A DNA stretch of 64,000 bases, the filler included, from Dimargaris cristalligena (taxonomy: Eukaryota): the NCBI GenBank assembly GCA_003614675.1. It is 11 parts of 11 records of this genome, joined end to end, with 100 filler letters (N's around TTAATTAATTAA, not from the genome) between each part and the next. Parts side by side here need not be neighbours in the genome. Positions count along the whole stretch, not along the records: positions 11,768 to 17,534 come from ML003582.1; positions 17,635 to 23,387 come from ML003583.1; positions 23,488 to 29,237 come from ML003584.1; 8 more parts are not named here. One strand, written 5' to 3'. Positions 12,832-26,428 of this stretch are shown piece after piece. A program made the position numbers and the translations under genes. The notes under the pieces were generated by a model. The model was not told the DNA's origin. It worked only from the letters and a program-made list of their open reading frames with translations, and made no database searches. Within the stretch, counting starts at the first letter, position 1. Each line of letters opens with the position of its first letter.

Positions 12832-14837
12832 CTGTGGGGTGTTGCAGGGGGTGTCAAACAGATGGGTATTAAAAAGACACAATACGGGTTAGTATGCAGT
12901 TTCTTTATTCAATGGGTATTTAATGCGCCTGGTCAGAGGGGGGACCACGCCGAATGAGTATAGTGCGTCTTTGAGCAGTCGCCTGAATGAAAAGAGCCAC
13001 AATGGAACCAAGTAATCTGAGAGCCTCCGGGTTTACTATGTATGCTAATTTGGCGGTTCCGATTTTCATGACCAGACATGGGTAAACATTCAACAGCAAG
13101 AGCCTCAGGGCACTAGTTAACGGAAAGGCAAATCAACCCCTCGGTGGTTCAAGTAATAAGTGCCTAGCATTCGAGGCAATAGGATACACCAGGAGCAGGG
13201 CACTCGGCGATAGTTACACTTACCATTGTTTAAAAGAGTGGCGAAGAGTCAGGTTTGGGGGTTGTGCTTAGAGTACTCTGAGAAGTCCGCGCCAATTAAG
13301 AAGGGCCGATTGGAAAGTATTGTACAATCAGAAGGAGCAAGTATCCGCGAAGACGAGCAACGGTGGTGGAAAGGCAAAGATAAATGCAGAGTGAGGGGAT
13401 ATTTCCACCTGTCCAGGAAGCAAGGTGAAACGGTAGCCAGTTGTAATTCAGCTTAGGGAAGTTTACAAGTAAAGAGATTCACTAAATATTATAGTGCGAA
13501 AATGGGGTGGGGGGGTCAAACTTTATGATTATTCAATGGCTTCGGAGGCTAAACCCATGAACTAAGCTTCAGGGTGTCAGAGCTGAGAATAGAGGACTAT
13601 AGCGAATTGTGGTTAGGAAAAGGGCAGTGTCACTGAAGAGTGTTTTTCAAAAAAGAAAATGGGTTTCACCTAAAGGACGTATAGGTGATATGGACAGAAC
13701 TAAGGCCTGGTAGTCCAATAAGGCCAAAGTAAAAGAGAGACTGGTAAGTAAGTGGAGGGTCAGAGAAGAAGGAGTAGGATAGCCTTGGTTAAAGCTTACT
13801 GGGTAATGTTAAACAAAGCCTCATTCCAGATTTACAAAGGGGCATGTAACTGAGAATGGTTGGAGATCCCCAAAGGATGAATGTAAAGTACATACCAAGT
13901 AGGTATCAGATAAACTGATAGTAAACTCTAGTGGTGATACTGTTTTCTATTAGGGCAGAAGGATGGGGAGTTTTCATATAGACAGGTGTAAAGTAGTATG
14001 GGATATGGTGTATCTATTAACTATGTGTGTAAGAGTACTTTAGATGGTTGGGATAGCAATGGGATGTGGCATAATACTTTTGGGAGCAATAAAAATTACT
14101 TGGCAATAGGGTGGATTAATGATTTACCCTATATTCCCCTGCAAGTGGAAGTAACTTGTGACCAACGGCGTGCAAAAGTAGGTGATATTTTTACATTATC
14201 ACATGACCTTCCTTCCCGGTCATTGGCCAATGATTATTTCCGATTCTCCCATACCATGGGACTAAACATCGACAATCCAATCATCTATTGCCCTGGTGGT
14301 CCATATTTTTTTTTTTCTACTGGTATAACATACCTCTTATTCCTAGGGTCATCAATGGGAAAATATTTCAAAAAATCCACTACATTTTAACCCATCGGGC
14401 TTAATAAAAATAAAAAATGTAATATATTTTATATAAATGACGTCATTAAGCCAATATTCCTAAAGTAATTTTTTTAATAAAACCCAATTTTATTTAGCTA
14501 TTGCAACCAGGAGAGGCTTCCCCTGCCCATAGGATGGAGGCCAATCTCCTCCATAGCAACTCCTCCCCAAGTAAGGAAGACCTGCAGGACTATGGTGGAG
14601 ACAGCCTGACCCCCCCAATAGAGGAGGACATCCTCCCCCCAACAGCACAAGAGCAGTACCTCATCCAAGAGGAATAAAACAAATTACCCCAAGTGGCTAA
14701 CTATTATTCTTTGTCTTAGAAATAAATACTTACTTTATATTTAAATGCATTCAGTCATGCTTATCTACCTACCCTACTTAGCCCACCTGGTTATACTATA
14801 GTAGGCTAGAGTTATTTTTTTATAGTTTAACTTATAG

Positions 14838-15168
14838 TGTTGCCTGGGTTAACCACACTTAGTCCATCAAGAGTCCCAAGGATAGACTTCTTATAGTAGA
14901 TGAAGCTCAGGCTCAGCCAAGCAGGTCACTATTATTAGGTACAGATATAGTACTAACTAATAAAGGCTTCAAATGCAGTTATAGACAAGGGGCATGCAGC
15001 AGGCACACTTACAAGTTAATACAGGGGCAGTGAGCATATATAGGGCTTATTAGGGTAAACCAGGGGGTAAGAATAAGCTAAAGAATCTAACTAGTCCCAA
15101 TGGGGGCCTGGTTATATATATACAGGGGCAACTCCAGAGATAGGCCCCAGGGGAAGGGTATTACTAAG
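14838..15168 (-). mobile_element. LTR family A, partial copy (3' half), reverse orientation
   Basis: Begins TGTTGCCTGGGTTAACCACACTTAGTCCATCAAGAGTCCCAAGG, matching the other family A copies. It is truncated where the next copy begins. Confidence 0.85.
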
Positions 15169-15891
15169 TGTCGGCCTTCCTAATCTGACTTAATCCAGTC
15201 CTAATGATTGCCCATCCTTATTAGGCCTTATAGTACTATATGGGAGAAGTTCATCCAAGCTATATAACAAAAAATCCATTAGATTTGGCTAATATTACTA
15301 GTTAAAAATAAAATTCCCATATATTCTCCCATACATATATAATGTAAACCCTTATATAGCTGGGCTGAATTTTACCCATATTAACCCTCCCATAGTCACC
15401 CCTGGTACTATGGGTCATCATTTATTATATAACCCTGCCCATTGTGACCCCAACACTTTGCACCCCAAATACTCCACTTGCTGATCCAAGTCTCTTCCAG
15501 TTCCCATGAGAGTCTTCCTGATGCAAAGCCATCTGGTCAGGCCCTTTACTTATCCACACCTTAGCCTTAGTCATATTCCCCTTGGGACCTCCCTCTGGAA
15601 CCATCCCTGCATATATAACTGGGCCCTACTGGGATTGGTTCAATTCCTTAGCTTATTCCTACCCCTTAGTTTACCTCAATAAACTCTATATATGCTCACC
15701 CCCCCTTGTACTAACTAGTAAGTGTGCCTGCTGTATGTCCCTGATATTTACCTGCATCTGTCCTTTATTGGTTAGTACTATGCCCCCATCCTAATGCTAG
15801 TAGCCCACTTGGCTGAGTCTAAGCCCCACCTACTATTGGAAGTCTATCCTTGGGACTCTTGATGGACTAAGAGTGGTTAACCCAGGTGATA
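15169..15891 (+). mobile_element. LTR family A, solo LTR with an internal insertion of roughly 140 bp
   Basis: Starts TGTCGGCCTTCCTAATCTG, contains ATATATAAC (TATA-like) then AATAAA, and ends GGTTAACCCAGGTGATA (terminal CA mutated to TA). Confidence 0.8.
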
Positions 15892-18800
15892 TGGTTCTTT
15901 CCATTTTATATCTATCATAAAACAAACTTTATTTTTAATCTATCCTGGAATATTATTAAGAGAATTAGTAGTTATCCCAACATATATTATATTAGATGAT
16001 CATACTAGATGATGTAATAATAAATTTGATGGGTAAATGCAAGTGCCTTTAGGTGTAAATTAAACAAATTATAGAAGTGAGAAGGAATTATAAGGGGCAA
16101 AGCTAGATGATACCTGTAGTTGGTTTTATTGAGTTAGATAAAAACAGTAATTAAGATAGAAATAATGTCCCAGGTATAGGACAATATAATCAGAGATATA
16201 GAATTAGTGGTATGCAGGATATGAATTGTTAACACTAGAAACTACAATGGAATAGTAGTTAGTAATGGAGGTAGAATAAAGAATAGGCTATGTTGAGTAT
16301 TTGAATGAGAGAGTAGGGATGGTTGAAGGGGGGATATACTCCTTCAGTGGCTTATTGAAAAATATGCCCTGGCAGGTCTTTTTGTCTGATGTTGGTATAA
16401 TATGGGACATCTACTAACCACCAATAAGATTGGCATAGATCACTATAGATTGCCATAGATCTTTTCCCAATTCTAGTAGGCTAATTAGAAGACCATTTTA
16501 CTATTCATGTGAATTATTATTCATTTAAAAAAAATTATTACTTTTAGATGAATGTAATCACCAATTCAATACTTACATATATAAACTAAATAAAGTTCTC
16601 CTCTGGGGAACAGCAGATCCACTTAATATCCATAATTTTAAGATACTTTTAACCTATCATGTTTCCTCTAACTATGTTTGTTTATTAAATTAACCTGTGG
16701 CCACTCATTTTATCCACTTAGGATACCCCTTACCAATTACACAAATTAATACAAATATCATGACTGGTTAATTTAAACTATAAGAATAACCAGCTTTATA
16801 AGTAAAAAACTCATACCAATGGATGGGTAAATTGGCATTTAATATTATAGAAATATATCCTCATTATCCTACTGTGTTTTATTATTATCATTATATTTGT
16901 GCTGCCGTGGGCAGCTGGCCAGGGGCCGCGTAAGCTCCAGCGCATATTGCTAATCCAAAAAGTAGTCATACTTTGGATGAATTCAAGGCCCCTGGACAAT
17001 TGACAAGTTATTTCCATGGAAACGGTCCAGGGTTGTTAATATTATTTTATTTCTTTATGCTAGCTGATTCTCTTTTCCTTCAGCTTTCCAGATTATACTT
17101 CCATTTGCCTTTCCATCCATTATTGATGAAGTTATAGGTCATTAAAGTCAATGATGATTTTATGCTATGACAATCCTTTATAAGCAGGGCTTGGGAATAA
17201 CCAGCCTCCGGTGGACTCCTTCTTGGAGTCGCGCCATACAATTTCTTAAACATGAATTCCTTTTTTATTAACATCCGACACGGAGGAGGACTGGGAAGAC
17301 TGTGTCTTCCAACCTTCCAATTTCTATCCTTTGCTCTTTCCAACCTATTTACAACCATAGTTTAGCCAGTAGGTCAAGTTTTTCCCCTATCTTTAGGTTT
17401 TTTATGACCTACAATTATTGCAGTATTACTCTTAGCTATAGTTATTTAGTTTGGTCATTTTTCATATATATATCTTAGTAGCATCCCCTCAGTTGAAGGG
17501 ACAAGTTAGTTTTGAGATAAATGAATAAATATCTNNNNNNNNNNNNNNNNNNNNNNNNNNNNNNNNNNNNNNNNNNNNTTAATTAATTAANNNNNNNNNN
17601 NNNNNNNNNNNNNNNNNNNNNNNNNNNNNNNNNNCTAAATGTCGGTAAATAGTCACCACTGACCCTTTCCCATGGAGTTATTGCCGGATCTATTTCATCT
17701 ACTGACTTGACTGTTGTTTGACTAGAGCTTAAACGCTAAATAAACAGGGCGGAGGGATAAATCCTATGATTCTCCAGCTGCAGATATTGGGCCAAATACC
17801 AACCTGGATCTGTTAGTTAGTCTCACAGACTTAAATACCATCCACCTCGTGGCCATTTGTATGGTAAGATGACAAGGGGGGTTTCTATCCAGACCATACG
17901 GGTGCCGTTTATTAGTCGCTAATATAAATGGATAAATTGCAATTAAGCAGAGCTAGAGTTTCTTCCCTTACTAACGTTTCAACTGCTTTCAAGGCAAAAT
18001 ATAATATTACTACCACCACAAATGGTCGGACATTGTAACTAACCGCAAAATATGCTTAGTGATGGCATACCGAGAACTACAAAAGGAATTCAATGGTCTA
18101 AATTAGAAATATATTAGAACTGCAGGGAGCACCTCGGATGGTCCGTAGTATTGTTTATTATAGAGGCCTTGAGCCATCGGAGGTCGCTGTGTAAAGTGGC
18201 ATTATAATAAAATGACCACACTTGAGAAGGGGTGGTATTCCAAATAGGACACTCTATCAAGAATTGACGACCAGAAACTATCAGTTAGTGGAGTAGGTAA
18301 TTGTAATGTAATTTCTGGGTATCAGAGCCAGTCAGATATATATTAAAAGACAAAATGTCTAACAGGCTTCAAGTTGGCCCTAAAACTGGAGTTCCCTGGT
18401 ACTTGATAAACCACTTGCTCAAGTCTGGTTCAACTCAAAAACCAGTGGTTGTTGAAAAAATATCACGTAAATAACCCCTATAGATAGCAACTATCAAAAT
18501 AGTGAAGTGTATCGAAGAGAAAGGACTTCAGCGAAATACGGCGACAAGGGTAGCGTGCCATTAGCTAGACTAGATGAAAATTTAATTTTGGTTGACACCA
18601 TTGGCACCTCTCAGCAAATTATTTCGTCCGTACTTTTCCACGAGTTTCTGTCCTTGCTACGTATACCATCCCTAATATCTAAAACGACAAAAAATAAAGC
18701 TAGGCGACAAAGGCCTCCCTTTCGCTACACGGCAATACGATCTTATTATACATGAATAACTCGCCGGGTCTACGTACTATAAACAAATTTTAATGCCTGA

Positions 18801-19214
18801 AAAAGTAATTCCAGTGGAGCCGTCTCATGCTTTAAATGCCAGCTGTATACTAAACTATTATGTTATAGCTATTAAAAATAATAGGTGTTACCTAGTTTGG
18901 AACCCATAGCTAAAATCACAGATTCCTAATGGCCTTTCTCCAGCAACTTCCCAAATCTGAATGATACTTTTCCAAAAATATACGTCCCCCATTTAGCATC
19001 CGGAACGACAGTTACATTCACTGTGACATGTTCAACTTAGCAAAATATGTTAAAATATGGACATAAAAATGCCGTTTTTTTATCGGAGATATTTGATAGG
19101 GGTGTATTTTTGAACAGCAGATGAAATCAAGGAAATCGTTACAAAGGGCTATATGCCAAAGGGGCCAGAATCTAAAATCGGATGGTACGGAACAATAAAA
19201 ACACAATTGGGGAA

Positions 19215-21965
19215 TTATGGGCCAATGGGCTTGTCAACTACGGTCGGCATATCGGATAGGCTGCCCGCCTGGGTCTTGGCCCACATTTCGGCATAAATGC
19301 CGCCCTTGGCCACTAGTTCATTATGTGTGCCAAGTTCGGCCACCCTACCGTGACCCAGGACCACAATCTGGTCGGCATCCATGATCGTCGAAATTCTATG
19401 GGCGATTATGACAGTCGTTCGCGACTCCTTAGAGTTACGAATGTAGTCCATGATCTTCGTTTCGGTGGCGGTATCCAGGGCTGCCGTGGCCTCATCCAAA
19501 AGTAAGATGGGTGACTTTTTTACCAGGGCCCGCGCAATTCCCATGCGCTGCAGCTCGCCACCGCTCATCTTGTTGCCACTCTTATCGAGTTTGGCGTCAA
19601 AGCCATCCTCGCGCCCCATGATGGTGTCATATAGGTTAACGGCTTTGGCCGCCTCCACCACCTCATCTTTGGATGCCAACTCGCCAAGGCTGACAGCACC
19701 ATAGGCGATGTTGTAATAGATAGTACCCGGGAAGGCCACGAAGGATTGGTTGACGTACGCGATCTGGGAGCGTAAGTCACCCTGTGCCACTCGGCGAATA
19801 TCCTGACCATCGATGAGGATGGCTCCGTCCGCTACGTCCACCATGCGCATGGCCAGACTGAACAAGGTCGATTTACCTTGCCCACTCATGCCTACAATAG
19901 CCGTGGTACGTCCAGCCGGAATAGTGAAGTTGATATCGCGTAAGATCGGAGCCTGGTCGTCGTAGGAGAACGATACGTTGCGGAATTCAATGGTTCCCCC
20001 AATTTTAAGATCAAGTGAAGGAGCCCCGGCATCATCCTGAAGGTCGGGCGTCTCATGGATCGTCTTCACCGTGCTTGCATCGCGACTGGATGGTCGGAGG
20101 CGCATGGTAAACATCCAGGCCAAGTGGGCGGCCTGACCACTAATCGATTCATAAGCTTCAATCGCAATGATACACTCGGCGAAGGATAAGTCGCCGGACT
20201 GGACCTTCCAGGCGCACATTCCTAACCAGGGGTAGTAAAAGATAATAGGAAGGTTTTGATTCCAAAAATCCGCCTCCTTGGCAAAGGCCGCCTTCAGTCG
20301 AAGATAGACGGGTATATTTTGGGCCAGTTGTTGGTGTTCATACTTCTCGCTATTGAGTAGTTTGAATAGCAAAGTTCTGCACAGTCGATCCTCAATCCCC
20401 CATTCTAACCCGTAGTTGTTAATACTCCACGGCAGGGAGTCAGCTTCTAGGATAATACGGCAGTAGTAGAAGGCCAGGGTGTTAACGATAAAATACACAA
20501 TGACAAAAACCAATGCCTCGGGCCCGATACTTTGCCAAATACTGGCCATCACAAGGTACGTAGCGGCCCAGCGTCCAATGAATTTGGTTATATCGCTACG
20601 CAATGAGGTGGCAAATTCCACGTAGTCGTCAAGGGCAATTTCGGCTTGACTGATGGCCGTGGAAGATTGTTGATGCAGGTGTTGAATACGGTTGTAGGTT
20701 CGGTGTTTCCATTCAGAACGTACATTCCGACTAAGCCAGGTCTCCAGGTGCGTAAACAAGCCAGGGAGGATATTGCTAATTACTTGGCTGGGGAGATAGT
20801 AGTAGCATAAGTAACTGTGGACCGTGACTATTTGGGTCAGTACGCTATCGCGGAAGTCGCGGTTGGCTATGAACTCAATGTGTGTGGCCCCAACCCGCGC
20901 CAGAGCCACGCCTAGTATTACCAGGGTGCCGACGTTGACCTTCCAGTCGAAAAACAGGTGGTAGAGCAAGGCCGGGTACGTCCTAACTTCGCGATTGAAA
21001 AACCAAGGTTCAGAGGCACTGTGATTAGTATCTTCCTCGACCTTATCCTCGTCCTGAAAACGAATACGAGCACTAAAAACTGTGTAAAGTAGGTCAGCCA
21101 TTCCTCTTCCCATTTCATCAATCTCAAATTTTCTTTTGAGGGCTTTGGAGGAATCCCAAGTTATACCAAATAGCTGGTGGGGGGTTGCGGGGTTATCAGC
21201 AGAATCCAAGACACGGATATTGGAGAAATTGCGGAAAATGGGTTGGGTAAACCAGTCGGGAATCCGGGCGAGCAGCCACATGAGACCAACATCAAGAATA
21301 GGGACCATATGGCGGCGGTGGTACTGAGTTTGGTAACAGGTAGTGATGATTAGAGGAATGTAATAGACCATGGCTTGGCCTAATACTATCATCGTAGAGA
21401 GGGATGGTTGGTCACAGTGCCAATACAGGAAGGCCACAATACTTAGCTCGATGAATGCTAAACTGGCGTGGGTATACCAAAACCGAAGATGGGCCGAGCT
21501 ACGCAGACTCAGGCGGTAGAGCCACAGGGCCTGGTCGGGGTGAGAGGCTGGTCGCGAGCTCCGGCGGGATAGAACAAAATAGGACCAGGCAGCTGCCAAA
21601 ACAAAGCTTCGGATAGCACCGAAAGTTAGCGGGGCATATATTACTTCAGAACCAGTTTCCTTGCTCGTCCACATTAGCACTGTAACCATAATAAAGACGG
21701 CCAGGACTTGAAAACCAATGATGGAATTTGTGGCTATGCGTTGCAAATTTTCGAGGCGGACATTGATGGCTAGTTGCTGATCCTTCGTGGCCGTGGGGTA
21801 CGATTCACATTTGAAATATTTGGGCACACTGGATGCCGGTCTATAGGCGGGGCCTTGTTGGAACCGCAGGAACTGGACCAGGTAGGCCACGGTGAGAATG
21901 GCCGTGATACTGGGCCACATAATGACTTGTAGGGGGAACATGGTCCCCATAGTTTCGAAATCCAT
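19215..21965 (-). CDS. Half-size ABCB transporter, HMT1/ABCB6-like layout (N-terminal TM extension + divergent TMD + NBD), 916 aa
   Basis: IEFRNVSFSY, Walker A GMSGQGKST, Q-loop YVNQ, signature MSGGELQR, Walker B LLLDEATAALD, H-loop IAHR. Many hydrophobic segments lie in the N-terminal ~620 aa. The ORF is uninterrupted. Confidence 0.9.
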   Translation of the reverse strand: MDFETMGTMFPLQVIMWPSITAILTVAYLVQFLRFQQGPAYRPASSVPKYFKCESYPTATKDQQLAINVRLENLQRIATNSIIGFQVLAVFIMVTVLMWTSKETGSEVIYAPLTFGAIRSFVLAAAWSYFVLSRRSSRPASHPDQALWLYRLSLRSSAHLRFWYTHASLAFIELSIVAFLYWHCDQPSLSTMIVLGQAMVYYIPLIITTCYQTQYHRRHMVPILDVGLMWLLARIPDWFTQPIFRNFSNIRVLDSADNPATPHQLFGITWDSSKALKRKFEIDEMGRGMADLLYTVFSARIRFQDEDKVEEDTNHSASEPWFFNREVRTYPALLYHLFFDWKVNVGTLVILGVALARVGATHIEFIANRDFRDSVLTQIVTVHSYLCYYYLPSQVISNILPGLFTHLETWLSRNVRSEWKHRTYNRIQHLHQQSSTAISQAEIALDDYVEFATSLRSDITKFIGRWAATYLVMASIWQSIGPEALVFVIVYFIVNTLAFYYCRIILEADSLPWSINNYGLEWGIEDRLCRTLLFKLLNSEKYEHQQLAQNIPVYLRLKAAFAKEADFWNQNLPIIFYYPWLGMCAWKVQSGDLSFAECIIAIEAYESISGQAAHLAWMFTMRLRPSSRDASTVKTIHETPDLQDDAGAPSLDLKIGGTIEFRNVSFSYDDQAPILRDINFTIPAGRTTAIVGMSGQGKSTLFSLAMRMVDVADGAILIDGQDIRRVAQGDLRSQIAYVNQSFVAFPGTIYYNIAYGAVSLGELASKDEVVEAAKAVNLYDTIMGREDGFDAKLDKSGNKMSGGELQRMGIARALVKKSPILLLDEATAALDTATETKIMDYIRNSKESRTTVIIAHRISTIMDADQIVVLGHGRVAELGTHNELVAKGGIYAEMWAKTQAGSLSDMPTVVDKPIGP

Positions 21966-23121
21966 GACGCGGGGCGGAGTGGGATAAACGAGTGAGCTTA
22001 GAAGAAAAGGGTATGTATAAAAATATGTAACTTATGAAAGGAATAGGGAACGCAAAAGGTAAAGGTGAGAGTGCTAAACTTGGGGTCAAATACTTAAGAG
22101 GGTAGAGGTAATGTGGTGTTCATATGGTATTCGATAAGGATTCCCTTGTGGGGGCGGCTGCAAGGGCATATATAGCGAAAAATGAACCCGTATCTCCTCC
22201 TAACATAACTTTAGTATTTTTGTACTTCTCGGCAAGGATTTCCCACTAACGGGTTCTAATATTACTACAGCTTATCTTCGTACTTTACAGATAGAATAAT
22301 CGCTTAGGTGAAAGTGAAAGACATGTTGAATTTTGTTTTGACGAATGTTAATTGGAAAGAAGATTTTGAACATCCATATACAGAAGGCATACAATTTGTG
22401 AATATTCATTATTTTAGCTATGACATTGAAATGGTACGAATATATTATGGCAATTTTCTTTTGGCCCGCTGTTTTATTCCTAACAGTGGCTAATCAGTAT
22501 AATGAATTACAATAATAACAGTTGCATACTTATAATCCGGATTTAGAATGGCCGTGGCGCATTTCCCTTTTGACTCTCATCCATTATTAAGCATTTTTCA
22601 AAACACGGGCTTTACTTCAATGTCAAAGCCACGCTCCTTTCATCGACGACCGTTCGCATGGCTACTTCGCATATTCCTAGTATAATCATCGGTGGCAAGG
22701 TGAATTCGATTGGATTACATGCCTGTAATTACGATAACTCTATATTTCTTCTTTCATGGCATCCATGAATGCACCGCGGAACTTGGTGATAATAAATTCG
22801 ATCGTTGTGGGCATCTTTACATGTACTCTTCTACAGCGTGGATATGAAAGACATTTACCAGTTGAACACACCTTTGAATATAATGGGGCCGAAAGCACTG
22901 GTGGGGTTCCAACTCTTATTCATGAATGTGACCCGTTAAAAAAAGCAATACATTGTACAATGTCTTTAAAATTTCCTCGCTAGGGCACTGTATTGTGACA
23001 TTTAATGAGACCACTTATGGCTTCGGCAAGTTGACCCATTTCTTTGTTAGTTATGAATGATGGTTAGGGAAAACCTATTGTGGTCTTCATATCCCATCTA
23101 CTTAATCTGGTGCATACAACT

Positions 23122-23387
23122 TGTCACCCGGGTTAACCACCCTTAGTCTGTTAAGAGTCCTGGGGATAGGCTTCTAATGGTAGGAGGGCTTAGGCTCAAC
23201 CAAGCAGGTTACTAGCATTAGGGAGGGGCGCGGTACTAACCAATATAGGGTGAGTGTAGGCTAATGCAAGGGACATGCAGTGGGCACACTTACTGGCTAA
23301 TATGATGGGTGAGTATATAGTGAGTTTATTGAGGTAAACTATGGGGGTAAGGAATAAGCTAAGGAACTGAACTGGTCCCAGAGGGGC
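23122..23387 (-). mobile_element. LTR family A, partial copy at contig end
   Basis: TGTCACCCGGGTTAACCACCCTTAGTCTGTTAAGAGTCC... aligns by eye with the other copies. Confidence 0.88.
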
Positions 23388-26300
23388 NNNNNNNNNNNNN
23401 NNNNNNNNNNNNNNNNNNNNNNNNNNNNNNNTTAATTAATTAANNNNNNNNNNNNNNNNNNNNNNNNNNNNNNNNNNNNNNNNNNNNATTCTTCTCCTGC
23501 CCCTTGAGTTGGGATATAACCCCAACCATTCCCCCACAGCTTACTCTTTAGCTTGTAACTCCTCTTTTGTTTTCCCTTTTTAATATCTAGTCTAATAAAC
23601 CTATTTTCCATCCTTTGAAGTCCTGTCCATCTTATGGTACCTGGTCTTACTTATAGCCCATCATAACACATCCAGCCTTGAGATGGGATAGAGAGTTGGG
23701 TAGTTGCTATCCTAAAACTGTCTATAAAATGACCAGAACACCAATGGGGAGGAAGAGGGACAGACAAATGTTGACAGTGTTCAGTAAGGGAAACATGGTT
23801 TGGTTAGGGTAACCTAGAGTAACTTCAATGTGACATCGTCAGCTTTCAGGTGGCTTGCTGGAGTCCGATGTGGAAGTTATTGGGCACCCTTTGAAAGAGG
23901 GGGAGGGGGTCCACTTTCCTAGAATTATGAAAAGTATTATTTTTGTACAACAGTCATGTTCAGAATAACAATAGTGCCTCCATTGGGTTTCACAATTGGC
24001 CATGTATTCAGTGCACCAATGTATGATATATTATTAAAACAAGATGGCATTGAAGTGTTGGACATATTATCTCTATGGACGATGGATAGGTGGGTATGGA
24101 TATAGGCCCGAGGGAATTGTTAAATGGTTGGGCAGATCACCCCACCATCACTTATAATTCGGCCATATCGAATGGCAACAGTTTATTGGCTTTACAGGGG
24201 TTTTTTCAGGGATATTGTTATTTCGAATATAAATAATGGCCAGATTATATATAACAAGAGCAACTATAAAATCAGTATTGTGAAAAATAAAAAACTACTG
24301 GAAATAAGGGGTAATCTTATAGTAGCTAGAAATAGATTGCCTGTAGAGTATTGTAAAATCAACCTGTGGCCAATATCAATAATAGCTTGGATGTATATAG
24401 ATTCACTAATCTGGATTTCACCCTGATTACATTATGGGCCAGAGTTTTTAACCAAGAATGTGGCCTAATAGCATTTCTCATTCTTGGTAAATTGGCAGCT
24501 ATGAGATCGCTGTAATCCGGGCCATAATAATAGCAGGCTTAATCGCAGTTAGTAAAAAAGAAATGTTAAGTTCGACTCAGTACTGACACTGTACTTTAAG
24601 TGACCATAGAGCTCCACTCATCTATAAACCTTACCAGACCACGCTAACCAATCCTAAAGTGGTCAGAGCCATGGGTATCCTTCAAACAAAGCGGGACACA
24701 ACCCCTCGCGAATTTACTACATCTAGCTATAATTTCTATATCGGATGGCCCATCTTAAAAACAATATATAGCCATATATTACCCGGAAAGTCCTATGCAT
24801 GGGGTGTATTGCCGTTGAATATTTTTGGCACTATTGTACCAACACAGTTCGATAAAGTACTGCCTTTCATCTAAAGTGTATAGGATAATATATAATGAAA
24901 CACCCCTGTACCACCTCTTGCCAGTGCCCGCCTGGGCTCTTCTGTTGGTGTCTGTTTAACCATTATCCAGCTGAGGAGACTGTAACCACTGGGTTGGAAG
25001 GGTGCTGGTTACTAAAAGTATATATTCGCCTGGCCTGATTGGCCCCCATAGCGTATGCAGTGGTAGATGGACTAGATGTTCAATGGTATAGTTGGTTTAT
25101 TTAATGCTCCAATTAGACTCCTATCGGCTATCTGTTTAGATAATGAGAAGTAAAGAAAGTAGCAGAGTCGGTATTTTTTAATCGTTCGCTGTCGCATACT
25201 ATCGTTGGGTAGGCCCAGCGACGCTGGCTAGCTCAGTTGAATAAAAATTACTTTACCTATATCAGTTCTTAGTGGTAATGGAGGCGTGCATGACTCGGGA
25301 CCCCTTCCCTTCCTTCTGTCCTTCTAGATTTCTTCTGTATCATCTACTAACAGGGCTGGCCTTTGTCCCCTTGACTCGGAAAGAATTGCAGTTAAACATA
25401 TCCCTAATTCTTCAGGAACTTAAAAACCTTTAGTATCCGTGTTATCAATTTCTGCCCTTGCCTTTTATTTTTTCATATTTAATCTGTCCTATTATGAGTG
25501 GATTATTTTATATATAAAAACCTATTATGTAGGTCAAGTCCGGCATATCCCGCCAAATCCAAAAGTAGAAGTGATGGTGGATACCCCGTTTTTAATGGAT
25601 TCCCCTAATTATGCGCCCAGGTGCCTCTCCCTCCCAAGGGACCTATTCGCTCTGTGGCTAGTGTTGGGGGTGTCTTCGATTTGTGCCTAATTAGGTCGTT
25701 TACGAGAGGCCCAGGCACTGAATATGCCACCATATATTACTTATACCACAGTGGCTTGATCATAGTGCCCATAGAATCCAATCGCTGGCGAGCGACTGCA
25801 GCGCCTCCGTTGCCCTATTTTTCCAAAATTATTTTAAACTGGGCACTGTATCTCCCCAATAGCCAAGCAGTTATTTTCAGAGGGATTAAGTAGTCATACT
25901 CCTGTCATACCACTGGACATTCGATGGAAGCATCCATGTTATGGTTTGTGTGAGTTTGAACAACAATGAAATGAACCTGTGGAACCAACGCTCCACGCCT
26001 CTTTCAAAGATCGACAGTCGGTGATATGAGAGATAGGGATCTGTATGGACCACACCCTAATATCAACTGCCCCATAATTTCCAATACTTTTCGAGCTCGG
26101 TAATTAGGGGTTATAATGCGTGTAACGATAATATGCGACAATTTTGTTCGGCTGCTTTTTCTTCAAATTGTTTTTCTTAATGTCTGCATCTAGGAATTAG
26201 ACCCCGACCTTGCCTATAAAAACAGGTCAATTGTCCTCGTTTTAATAGTCGCCACACGGCTTAGCATCTCCTGAACCTTTTCATTGAAGATTTTGTGAGC

Positions 26301-26428
26301 AGCATCTTATTATTCTGTACCGTTTTCCAACGATTCGTTGAGCAGTGTTTTCGAAGTACTTCCTTCTACCCTCCCACCCTTTTACAAGGCAATATTCAAA
26401 TTCCCCTTCTTTTCCGTACTCATTCACC

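Noticed and set aside
16800..17400. Short minus-strand ORFs (68 and 92 aa) as genes
   Set aside because: Stop-riddled, TpA-rich context with no recognisable motif. Probably decayed coding or transposon sequence.
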